A stretch of 64,000 bases of DNA from Macrostomum lignano. Lineage: Eukaryota. Both the position numbers and the translations under genes were made by a program. The stretch lies in NCBI GenBank assembly GCA_002269645.1, contig NIVC01000045.1, positions 1 to 64,000 on the forward strand, written 5' to 3'. The notes under the pieces were generated by a model. It searched no databases and had not been told where the DNA came from. It worked only from the letters and a program-made list of their open reading frames with translations. Below are positions 24,776 to 41,623 of this stretch, piece after piece. Numbering within the stretch: position 1 is the first letter of the stretch; each line of letters starts with the position of its first letter.

Positions 24776-26592
24776 TTATTGCAGCAGATTACGTTGCTTA
24801 GCTGCAGCATCAAATCTTCTTTTTTGATTAGCGACTGTCTGCACCAAAAACCTCGTCAGTTCCCGATGGCCACCTCTAGCAGACGACTCCGCTGCCTCCA
24901 TGCAGCACCGGCTTCTCTTTTTTTGGTCTGCAATTGACTGCACTAGAAACTTCACAACTTCTAGCTTACCAAATCGTGCAACAAGCTTGGCTACCTTAAT
25001 GCAGCACTGATCTCTGCTTGTTTGGTCAGCGATTTTCTGCACCAGAAACTTCAACACGTCTAAATGATCCAAGAGTGCGGCAGACAGAGCTATATCCATG
25101 CAGCACTGATCTCTGTTTGTTTGGTCAACAACTGTCTGCACCAGAAACTTAACTACATCTAAATTATCCTGTTCTGAAGCACATTTCGCTGCTTCCATGC
25201 AGCACTGATCTCTGCTTGTTTCGTCAGCGACCGTCTGCACCAGGAACTTTAGTACTTCCCACTGACAATAAATTGCAGCAGACCTCGCTGCCTCCATGCA
25301 GCACTGATCTGTCTTTGCTTCGTCAGGAACTATCTGCACCAGAAACTTTACCACATTTAAATGACCCTTCTTTGAAGCACATTTTGCTGCTTCCATGCAG
25401 CACTGATCTCTGTTTGTTTGGTCAACAACTGTCTGCACCAGAAACTTAACTACATCTAAATTATCCTGTTCTGAAGCACATTTCGCTGCTTCCATGCAGC
25501 ACTGATCTCTGCTTGTTTCGTCAGCGACCGTCTGCACCAGGAACTTTAGTACTTCCCACTGACAATAAATTGCAGCAGACCTCGCTGCCTCCATGCAGCA
25601 CTGATCTGTCTTTGCTTCGTCAGGAACTATCTGCACCAGAAACTTTACCACATTTAAATGACCCTTCTTTGAAGCACATTTTGCTGCTTCCATGCAGCAC
25701 TGATCTCTGTTTGTTTGGTCAACGACTGTCTGCACCAGGAACTTCACGGCATCTATACGACCCCCGCTTCCAGCAAATTCCACTGCCTCCATGCAGCACT
25801 GATCTCTCTTTGCTTCGTCAGCAACTGCCTGCACCAGAAACTTAACTACATCTAAATGACCCTGTTGTGAAGCACATTTCGCTGCTTCCATGCAGCACTG
25901 ATCTTTCAAAAGTTGGTCAGAGACTGTCTGGACCAGTAACTTTGTCACTTCTAATTGACCCATTGCTGCAGCGGAATCCGCTTCCTTCGTACAGAACTGA
26001 TCTCTCTTTGCTTCGTCAGCGACTGTCTGCACGAGAAACTTCAGCACTTCCCACTGACCATTGGTTGTAGCAGAGGTCGCTGCCTGCACGCAGCACCTGT
26101 CCCTCAGAGTTGAATCAGCAACTGTCTGCACGAGAAACTTCAGCACTTCCCACTGACCGTTTCTTTCAGCAGATTTCGCTGCCTCTATGCAGCAATAATC
26201 TTTTACACTTTGGTCAGCAACTGTCTGCACCAGAAACTGCACCACTTCTAACTGACCAGAACTTGCTGCCGGTTTCGATGCGTCAATGCAACACTGATAT
26301 TTTTTTCTTTGGTCAGCCACTCTCTGCACCAGATACGTGACTACTTCCCACTCACTCTTCCTTGCAGCATGTTCCGCTGCCTCGGCGCAGCAGCGATCTT
26401 TTACACGTTGGTCAGCGACCCTCTGCACCAGAAACTTCACCACTTCCCACTGACCACGTTGAGCAGCTAGGCGCGAATTTCTAGCGCAAAATCGAGCTTT
26501 TCTTCTTTCCCCAGTCGAAGCCAGAAATGGGCTCTCAGTGCCCTGATGTTTCCACTGGTGACGGCTCCATGTCGGCTGATATTCTGACCCAT
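24776..26592 (-). CDS. Intronless protein of about 17 atypical 33-aa ankyrin-like repeats with an N-terminal MGQNIS motif; one frameshift near 26470
   Basis: ORF 26443-24776 has the repeat DQCCMEAAxxAxxxG(H/Q)(L/W)(D/E)VVKFLVQTVADxxxR. An upstream ATG at 26592 follows a cacacag acceptor and joins the ORF if one base is added at att[g]cgcgc, giving LEIARLAAQRGQWEVVKFLV. Confidence 0.75.
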
Positions 26593-26859
26593 TGTGCCTG
26601 TGTGAGAAGAAATCTTGAGTTAATTTTTGTTAAATATATGTTTCTACTGTATTGTATATTTTCGCCGTTTTTTAATAAAAGATTTCAGAAACAGTATAGA
26701 TTTGGGAGTATGGTTGCTGGTGCCGGTTAATTAGGAAACGCGCTTTGCCCTTTGCCACAAGCCTCTTGTCACATGCAGATCTCCCGTTCTGGTGATTGAA
26801 TGAATTTGAACTTAACAAAGCAGGGGTTTACCCTTAACGTAATCCTGGAAGCTTTATAA

Positions 26860-27572
26860 GAAGGGAAGGATTCAGGTACAAGAGAGGAGGGAAGGATTCT
26901 GGGATTAGAAAGGAGTGAAGGATTCAGGGATGAGGAAGGAGGGAAGGATTCAGGTACAAGAGAGGAGGGAATGATTCAGGGATTAGAAAGGAGGGAAGGA
27001 TTCAGGGAGAGGAAGGAGGGAAGGATTCAGGGATAAGGAAGGAGGAAAGGATTCAGGGATGAGGAAGGAGGGAAGGATTCAGGGATAAGGAAGGAGGAAA
27101 GGATTCAGGGATGAGGAAGGAGAGAAGGATTCGGAGATAAGGAAAGATTCAGGGATGAGGAAGGAGAGAAGGATTCAGGAATAAGAAAGGGGGGAAGGAT
27201 TCAGGAATAAGGAAGAAAAGAAGGATTTAGGGATTAGAAAGGAAGGAATGATTCAGGAATAAGGAAGGAGGGAAAGGATTCAGGAATGAGGAAGGAGGGA
27301 TTCAGGGATGAGGAAGGAGGGATTCAGGGATGAGGAAGGAGGGATTCAGGGATGAGTAAGGAGGGATTCAGGAATGAGGAAGGAGGGATTCAGGAATGAG
27401 GAAGGAGGGATTCAGGGATGAGGAAGGAGGGATTCAGGGATGAGGAAGGAGGGATTCAGGAATGAGGAAGGAGGGATTCAGGGATGAGGAAGGAGGGATT
27501 CAGGAATGAGGAAGGAGGGATTCAGGAATAAGGAAGGGGGGATTCAGGGATGAGGAAGGAGGGATTCAGGGA
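26860..27572. repeat. Purine-rich minisatellite, about 22-25 bp unit (ggattcagggatgaggaaggag)
   Basis: Read directly. Confidence 0.95.
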
Positions 27573-28081
27573 TGTCACTGAGGCTACAAATGTATTGCTT
27601 AAAGTTTCTATGGATGAAATTAAGCCCCGAACGGGGAGGCAGTCATGCACGGAACCAAAGGCACTGCTCAGATATTAATTCCAATTTTGAAATTATGCAT
27701 AGTTCACATAAAACAGTAGCTATAAGCAGAGTTTTAACATGTGAAAGGTCTTTAGCTCTCTTACCTGTATATACTCTATCTGCTGTTTTTATGTTCGTTG
27801 AGGCCAAGCGCTAAAGAAACTTAACGGCGAGTTTTCTAATCGCTCTTATTTTTGTAGCTTTTGGCGGTGACCGACCGCTCCTATTTTAGAAAATGAAACT
27901 TTTCCGAAGTACAGTGAGAGGTAGCTGTGAGACTGCCAACCCCACTACCCCCCCCCCCTACGCACCGCATAGAAGAGCGAAAATGCGTGGCTGTTGTGGC
28001 TGCTCCCTCTCAAGTACTATTTGAGAACTGAGCTCATCAATTGTGCGTTCGCGAAGTGTTGCACATTTGCGAATGCAGTTC

Positions 28082-28148
28082 GTTAGATAGTTAGTTTGTT
28101 AGTTAGTTAGTAAGTTAGTTAGTCAGTTAGTTAGTCAGTTAGTTAGTC

Positions 28149-28188
<40 letters not shown>

Positions 28189-28256
28189 GGTTAGTTAGTT
28201 AGTTAGTGAGTTAGTTAGTTAGTTAGTTAGTCAGTTAGTTAGTCAGTTAGTTAGTC

Positions 28257-28299
<43 letters not shown>

Positions 28300-28440
28300 C
28301 AGTTAGTTAGTTAGTTAGTTAGTTAGTAAGTTAGTTAGTTAGTCAGTTAGTTAGTCAGTTAGTTAGTCAGTTAGTTAGTTAGTTAGTTAGTTAGTCAGTT
28401 AGTTAGTTAGTCAGTTAGTTAGTCAGTTAGTCAGTTAGTC

Positions 28441-28499
<59 letters not shown>

Positions 28500-28732
28500 G
28501 AGTTAGTTAGTTAGTTAGTTAGTCAGTTAGTTAGTCAGTTAGTTAGTCAGTTAGTTAGTTAGTTAGTTAGTTAGTCAGTTAGTTAGTTAGTCAGTTAGTT
28601 AGTTAGTTAGTTAGTGAGTAAGTTAGTTAGTTAGTCAGTTAGTTAGTCAGTTAGTTAGTCAGTTAGTTAGTTAGTTAGTTAGTTAGTCAGTTAGTTAGTT
28701 AGTCAGTTAGTTAGTCAGTTAGTCAGTTAGTC

Positions 28733-28787
<55 letters not shown>

Positions 28788-28832
28788 GAGTTAGTTAGTT
28801 AGTTAGTTAGTCAGTCAGTTAGTTAGTTAGTC

Positions 28833-28882
<50 letters not shown>

Positions 28883-28920
28883 CTGGTTAGTTAGTTAGTT
28901 AGTAAGTTGGTTAGTTAGTT
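28082..28920. repeat. (GTTA)n microsatellite with GTCA/GTGA variants
   Basis: Read directly. Confidence 0.97.
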
Positions 28921-29932
28921 CGGCATTTTACATGTAATTTTTCTTGCTGCTCCTATTCATGGTGAGCTGGCAACTCTGCTGGACTCATCACTAGCGGTAA
29001 ACTGCTGTCAGAGCGACAAGAGCGCAGTTCTGCAGGGCATGGACTGCATTGTTTAGCAATTTGACGATCATTATTTACATTTTAGTGCAGAACAATCCAT
29101 TACTACAAACAATGCATTGTCTGTAGGATCGTCAAACAGAAAAACAATGCAAAGAATCAGCGGTCGCAGCACGGGACAACGATTGTCTGGCGAGCGCCGG
29201 TGATCGCTATGTCACGCACTGGGACCGCTGATTATTTATCCATTGCTGAGCAAACTAGCAGCTCTCGCTTGTACAGCAGGTGTTCAGCATTTATTTGTCA
29301 AACGTAGAAACAGAAGACGGACGCCAGGTGTGAGCCAGCGGCCAGGTGTCCCTCTACTACCTCTGCATGTGGTAAAACACACAAAGCTAATAGCTGTTTC
29401 GCTATTGCCAACCCAAACTGCATATCTTTTAAGAATTACAGCTCACACCTTTTATATTTACATGTATATGAACTTTCAGCTGGCTATGTAATCTTTCTCA
29501 GAAACCTACTAGGCATTGGAAACCCTTCTCAACCCCCAGAAACAGGGAGTCGAATTGACAATTCGACATTTTTTAGTCGGTGATCGAAGAAGGTTATAAA
29601 AAGTCTACCTTGAGTAGATAAGTTGCATATTGCATATACATGTACAATTCGCTATGTCAGCTATTGGCTGAAAGAATTCGCAAAGTATATGTAAGATGTT
29701 AAACTTAAAACTAAACTATTATACGCTGATCTGCGATCATCAGTCACATCATGTGTACATGAATTTTCACACACTAATGGAAATTTTTAATATGTAAATT
29801 ACACAGCCAAATATGTCTTTGCAGAATTTGGCTAACGAAAAATGATGTAAATGTGCATTGAGCACTAATTACAGGTAAAATAATAGCTTAAACCCTTATG
29901 GCTTGTTTCCCAGTGGGCCCGACCAGACACGA

Positions 29933-29981
29933 CCAAGGACTACTTAAGAACACTACTTAAGTGTTCTTAAGTAGTCCTTGG
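29933..29981. repeat. Perfect palindrome (22-bp stem, 5-nt loop) flanked by a 6-bp direct repeat
   Basis: ccaaggactacttaagaacact-actta-agtgttcttaagtagtccttgg; acacga at 29927-29932 and 29982-29987. Confidence 0.9.
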
Positions 29982-30633
29982 ACACGACACATATGCATGC
30001 TGTGATTGAACTCTTCTTTTTGGGAACATAATTATTCGTTTGAAAATTAAAAAGAAGTACATTTAAAAGCGTGTCAATTTCGATCACTCAAAATCCAAAA
30101 TATTTTTCCCCGCAAAGGACACGCTTTTTACAGCAGTGAAGCGCTGGGCCGTTCCATTATTCAGTGCCAAATTAATCTCTTATATGCCAGTGACGGATTT
30201 AAAAAGTGTCATTTGATAACGGGATTAACCGGCTGCAGAACTTTTGGCTTCTCAAAATGACAGAACAAAGCTTTTGTGTTACTTTTTGTTCACTTACGGT
30301 AACCTTTCGTTGCTTTTTTTGCTTTTTCGAAAATTAGCATATTTATTTCCACATTATTTCATCCAGCTGACGACAGTCGTTTTAGGCAATGTTAACTTAT
30401 CTTTCTCTGAAAGCTGATATTTTAAATTTAGATTAAATGCGCAAGCGCAATGCACTAAAATTAGGCCTAAGAATTGCACGTGTGTGTAGCCCCCCTATGC
30501 TTTAACTCTTTATACCTACGCGCTTTGTGAGCGCGAGAAAAGTCGAGAGAAAAAGAACAATATTTTTAGCCATCTCAATTTTTTAGCTACAGTTTACGGA
30601 GATGTGTACATGCATAAGGGAGGTACGATTCCC

Positions 30634-31251
30634 CCATAGTCAGGAAGGTGTCCAGTGTACGCCGGAATGAAAATTAAGAAAAAATGTTGTGTACGCCAAA
30701 ATTGAAAAGCCCTAAAAAAGCGCTTTTTGACGTACGCCAAAATTTGAATAGCCCAAAAAAGCGTACGCCAAAATTTGCAACTTAAATCTTAACTAACCTG
30801 TATGTCATCTGTTGTAACGTGAAGAAATCTAAAATACTAAAGTAATTATTGTACAGAATTAGTTAATAAGTTAAAATAAATAACTGACTTACACAAAACT
30901 TTAGTAAAGTTTTGTTAACAATAAATCAGATTTAAAATTTACGTAATTTCAGCGTTTTAAAGATGAAAATAGATTTACCAATTCACTAAAATTGAACGAT
31001 ATACAATACTTTGTCGAAGTAATTGGGTTGTTTGCAGGTTTTTTAAACGTTTGTTCGTACGCCAATCACATGCAAATATTGTAGGCCGATTTTTGGACAG
31101 ATTTTTGCATGCGAAAACTGTGTTGTGTACGCCAAGAACTCTGTACGCCATTTTTCGGACCGCGTGTACGCGAAACTGTACGCCATTTTTTTGGGGGGGG
31201 GGCTGATGTACGCCGGAAAATTCCGGCGTACGGACACCTTCCTGACTATGG
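30634..31251. mobile_element. Non-autonomous DNA transposon, 618 bp, 8-bp TSD
   Basis: TIR ccatagtcaggaaggtgtcc / ggacaccttcctgactatgg; TSD cgattccc at 30626-30633 and 31252-31259; many internal gtacgcc motifs near both ends. Confidence 0.85.
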
Positions 31252-32249
31252 CGATTCCCCGGCGTTACATGGCGTGGCTTTTTTAGATAAAATGTGGCTT
31301 TACCACATCAACAGTAGCTATTTATGCCGCTATTCACTAATATACAATGACAGTACCAATTAGGAATATTTTATTTATAGTGATCGGCCTTGTACATAGT
31401 TACATTACACACAAGAAGTATAAACCAATAAAGCCCTAGGGGACTAATTGCTACTGAGTCTGCGGTGTAGATGTAGACCTAAGACCAAGTCAGGATTGGG
31501 TTTAGGCCCCTATTCATTTTAAAATCAAAATAATTCGCTTCAAAATTGGGATCATTAACTTTAGAATTGGAATGGATCATTTTAGAATTATTTTAGAATC
31601 ATCATTCAAACTTTTTATAATATAGGCCTAATATCAGGTTTAAAAAATAAGTTAAAGAATAGACATCCTTTTTTGGAGTTAAAATCTAACCTTCCAAATG
31701 TTTTTTTAGAATGAATTCATTAAACTGTTAAAAAATTACTGTTGAATTAAAAGTCATTATTCTAAAAAAAGTTAAATTTTTTAGTTTAAAAAAATTCTCC
31801 AAAACTTTTTAAATTAAATTATCATTAAATATATTGTGGATTAACAAATTGAGCTCCTGTTAATTCTGAAGGTAACTTTTTCAGTTTTCTTTTGGTTTAT
31901 TACCATTTTAGATAGCCCCTATGACTCTGATGAGTTTCAAAAAAAATTGGAAAAGGGAAGTATTTTATATACTTAAAGTTCAAGAAGTCCTAAAGTAGGC
32001 CCCCCTAGTATTTTTAATATAGAAAATTATATATTTTTGCATTTTTATCAAATAATTGCAATAAATGGCATGGTGCAAGCAAACTTTTTTGATAGGATAT
32101 GTTCTTGTATATGGCGCAATCAAACTTTTCTATAAGATTCATTCCAACACAGGTGTGCCATGATTTTGACTAGGCCTATAAATTTAAAGCTGAGGCTATC
32201 TTGGTCATGCTGCATGCATCTAATCTGTCATTGTTTAAAGAGTCAAAAC

Positions 32250-32884
32250 TAGTGTTTCGCCATAGCCATAGCTATGGCTACGGGATCCTACGGCAAATAT
32301 GGTAAAATAGGTGCCTATGGCAGCTACGGATATGCCTACAGTAGCTAGCTGTTCTTATGGCTATGACTATGGAAATATGGTAGTTGCTGTCATATTCCAT
32401 AGATTCCCGTAGCCGTAGTCATTAATGTTAAAAATTGAAAAAAATATTAGAAACAGGTAGAGTAAAACAAAGATACTTTTAGTAAACTGTATTATCAACC
32501 TAGAAACTTATAAAATATACCTAAATTCTAAAAAAGTACAATAAAATACTAGCAAACTCTAATTTTTATTAATGTGAAAAAGTTTAGCATTAGTACTTTC
32601 AATAACGACTAAGTATTGTTGCTTTGAAAAAAGACAAAATATAATCTTACAAAGACAATTAAGTGTTTCTTTTATTTTCTAATTTAATTTGTAGTTGTTT
32701 AAGCACTAGGTTATCTTCTTGATTCAAAATATTTAGTTTTTTAGACTTTTTGTTAAAACTATGGCTACAGCTATGGGAACTACAGGAATATGATAATTTT
32801 GGAGTCCCTTTGGCTCTAGAATATGGAGAATTGGAGTGATGGCTATGGCTACGGTACATGGACCCTCCTTACGGCGGAACACTA
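32250..32884. mobile_element. hAT-type MITE, 635 bp
   Basis: TIR tagtgtttcgcc / ggcggaacacta (YARNG start); TSD gtcaaaac at 32242-32249 and 32885-32892; subterminal tagccatag/ctatggcta repeats. Confidence 0.85.
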
Positions 32885-33647
32885 GTCAAAACTCAAATAT
32901 GATTTCAACAATTCCATGTTTCATGGTTTTTCTTTTGTTTTATTTCATGGTTGTAGGTTTCAGGATATAATGCTAAATTGTAATACATAAAAAGATTGTT
33001 TGTGCTAGTTTTTTGGTCCTAAAATAACAATTCTTCATCCTAGTTAATAGAAAAAAAGTTTTTGGAATTGTAGTTTCATTTGGAAAAAAATATTTTAGTA
33101 GGTATGATAATCATAGCCAAAGAAACATGCCCATATGGAAACAAAAATGCTTTTGAATTCCTGTGAATTTTAATTGCCTGATCATCTTAAATGTTTTTTT
33201 TTCTAAAAGATAACATATGCCTATTGGAAAACACTAAAAATAGAATAATTTGCCTGTCTGGAATTTTTTATTTAACTTGTTTAAAGTTTAACTCTGACAG
33301 TTAGGAAGAAAAAATGTCTTGCTAAATTTTATGGTCAAAGACATATATACCTTGGCATTTGGTTTAAAATCCCAATATTTCAATTAGGGATAAACTTCTA
33401 TATAGTTTAACTTATTGTGTCACCAGGTTTGATAGGTCCTTCTTAGCATTGTATTATGAAAAATCCTAAAAGCAATTTAAGATTTAAAGGCTTGAATGAC
33501 TTCAAGTATATGTGACTTCGTTTTGGCTAAATAAGACTTCATTTTGAAACTCACAAAAATGAAAGTAAAAAATCTTTTTTTGTCATCAAATTTTGTTAAA
33601 ATGGTCATAAAAATATAAAGTTGTTAATTTTGTAACTTACCCTTGGT

Positions 33648-34943
33648 CATAGATAATAAAAACACTAGATGGGTCACTCGCCTATTTCATGAATAAGCTA
33701 CTTTCAATTGGGCGTCTGTATAGAGTTTTTTGGATATATTTGTGCATCAAGTAAAATTTTAATATAATATTTAGATTATGATGTAGACAAAAAAGTTTTG
33801 ACATTTCAGACCCTCATTTTTCAATCATTGAAGTTTATTACCGATGGAAAATGAAAAAATTTAACAAAAATGTGGGCTTGGTTTAAACTTGTTATAATAG
33901 AGGCATGTGCATTGCACTTACATGTATATATATTTTGATGCACAGGGTCGTATCAACTTATCATGTATACACAGATTGAAAGAAGATTTCACAAAAGTAA
34001 ATATTATACTCGTACATATAAAGCATTTGGGCAAGACAAAAGCATTATGAAAACAAAATTTTACTTTATAGTTTAAGCTAGCTACTTACCCGGTAGTTAA
34101 AGCAAATGTTCATGAACAAATTGAAGTTAACGAATGTGACAAAGAACGAAATACAATTAAATGTTTAATACAAACACAAAGGTTAATTAAGTTTACTCAT
34201 CTTTCTGCTTGCTGAGCATCGCGCTGTCCTATCCTTCAGCGGCTTGGCCTCACAGCGGCACCAGTGATGCAGTCTGAGACGAGCGAACTCCCTGATTAGT
34301 CGTGGCAACACCAGCTCTCTGTCAGGAACAGCATCCCTCCGTAGCCTTGTACTTCGGTCATGGCGTAGTCTTGGGCAATTGTATGCCTCTTCTGTAAAAT
34401 GCAAGCTGCATACCTTCCACTTCATTTTCCACAGCTTCTCGAGTGAAATGGCTCGTAACTCCAGCATTGATTGCCACTTCTTCTTTGGACTGATTCTTCG
34501 GAAACTGGTGCATGCGAATCAGGATGCCATCTTCGTTTACAGAGGTACTAGTGCTGGTACAAGTCACCGAACAGCAATCTTCGCTTGTGTATTTCAACTC
34601 TTCGATATTTGCCAGCACTCAATCTTCATGCGTTCTTCCTCCAGCAGCCATTTAGACAATTGTTTTTACTTGCTTAAATGAAAACGAATTAGCAAAGGAG
34701 AAAAGTCAAAATATATATACTCCTTGCTTTCGCTCTGATATCTAATAGAAAAGCCATGCTGAACCCCTACTAGTAAGCTTTATTTCGATGCTTGAAACTT
34801 TTGTCTATGGCTTAAACCATAGCACTGACGTGGGAGAACAAAAATCGATAGTCTTGCGCGTTCATATGCCCAGAAGAGAGTAGGCTATTCAGACATTGAG
34901 CGAATTTGCATTAAGTGACCCATCTAGTGTTTTAGTATCTGTG
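33648..34943 (-). mobile_element. P-element-superfamily deletion derivative, 1296 bp, carrying a THAP-domain remnant
   Basis: About 31-bp TIRs catagataataaaaacactagatgggtcact / rc cacagatactaaaacactagatgggtcact; 8-bp TSD cccttggt at 33640-33647 and 34944-34951; THAP coding sequence inside. Confidence 0.85.
34183..34590 (-). pseudogene. THAP zinc-finger DNA-binding domain (transposase N-terminus), frameshifted
   Basis: CCSVTC...IRMHQFPKNQS, then a +1 shift, then KKKWQSML...KVCSLHFTEEAY...RLRRDAVP; matches the THAP C2CH consensus including the P, W, F and AVP box. Confidence 0.8.
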
Positions 34944-35476
34944 CCCTTGGTTTGTTAATTAATAATTGGCTTACAATTTTGCATATATAAAATATAGTAG
35001 GATATAACAAAAACTTCCATTTACAAGATCAAATATATTATCAGTTTGCATATTATGATAAACCATTTTTAATGTAATAGTAAATAATTTTGCTATCATT
35101 TAACTTTTTTAATAATTTTAGAGATATTTAGTTAAAATCCTAGTACAATTGTTTATTTTTTTGTAGCTTTATTTATTATTTGGTGCCTATATTTTTCTAC
35201 CATATTTTGATTTCAAAAAGTATTTCTAATGTAAAAAGGTATTTGTTTGGCCATCTTATTGATACTTGTAGAGAACAGAGATTCTATCTAGATGTCCCCC
35301 ATCGGGGGGCGAAGATTGCTAGTATTTATGCTATTATTAATTTTTCTTAAGTTTACTATCAAAGCTAAACTCTCGTTTACAGGCCTAATTCTTGTGAAAG
35401 AGTTGTTATCTGGCATTGTTTTGTTTATTTTTTTTCAATATATATTAATAGAAAATACTTAAAATACTACTTTCAG

Positions 35477-40212
<4,736 letters not shown>

Positions 40213-41623
40213 TTAATTACCTAATTAGTGTTACTGGTTATCAACAACATTGTAATTTGTGTGTGTGTATGTGTTTACCATTGAGCTGAAATAATAAACG
40301 CGTGTGTTTATATAAAATACTTTGTAGCTTAATATTTCAGCTTGCTGAAATGACTTTTTAGTCACCTAATTATTTTGTGAATAAGTATTTTTTTTCATAT
40401 TTTAATTAAAGTAGGTCCTAAGGAAGACTCTAGTAGGATTTAGGTTATCTTTGTTTATTCTTAGACACCCTGGTGCAACACATCCAGCGACATCGTCCCA
40501 TAGCTAATGCTGAAGCAATTCTGCCCATACACTCTTGACTCATGCACACGCTCACACAGGGTGTATAGCCGTCAGGCATTTACATCGGAGTTTGATTTGC
40601 TTTTAGTAAAAAAAAACTATCAATATTATCTTCTTTATTAAATGATAGCAGCAAAAATGCCATCTTGGAGTGGTTCCGGCGTCCGTAGCTTCTGGATGCT
40701 ACATGAGGTGAATGCCATGGTCGTTCGTGCGGTAGTTCTTAGGTTAGATTAGGTGAATCATTCTCAACACTGGATTCTTCCTCACTATGGATTTTCACTT
40801 AGTTTTTCACCCAGCTTATGATTAAAACAAAGTTTTCAAGGCAGTACAGCATGACTTTCATTTAGATGTAAAATGCAACTCAGCATACTCTGTCCCCGAC
40901 CTCTAATCTTGATAGCGAAAGTACGACTATTAAGACCTTTGATAACGTTTATAGCTACGGCTACTTTTATATCCTGGGTTTTTTTACTGTGAATTGAAGC
41001 CTACTTACCGTTAGTTAACAGAGCGCCTTGAAAGACACCAGTTGAGAATAGAATGATTTGAAAAAAATAATAGGAGACTTTCTGCTTAACCAAATCAGAA
41101 AGCTTTAAAACAAATTCATTTTATATTTTCGGCAATTTGAACATTTATAAAAGCATGTCAACATTTATAATTTTTTCGTTAACTAAAAATCAAATTGTAT
41201 TTTTTGTTAAAAGAATACTTCTTTAGCGAATACCAGTCGCTTTATCTATTTGGATTAAGCTTTAAATGCACTTGATTTGCATTTTTGAGTCAGGTAAACT
41301 ACTTTCATTAAAGTTGTGAGGCTCGGTGCATGTCTTGAAGTGGCATGCTGCATCAAGAATTAGACGCTGACTAAAGTTAACTAATGAACATTTTACACTA
41401 ATTAAAGACCGTCACAAATCAAGTGCATCTGATCTAGCCCTTAATGGATTTCGAAACATTTTAGTTGCGATATAAATTTATAGCTGAATATAAACAAAGC
41501 TTAGTACGTAATTGAGATTTATTTAAAATACATGTAATATCAACCAGTAAAGAACCAACTAACTACTCTACAAAAACACAGGAATAGCAAACGTTCTATC
41601 AATTTGTTATCTCGTTCTTGTTA

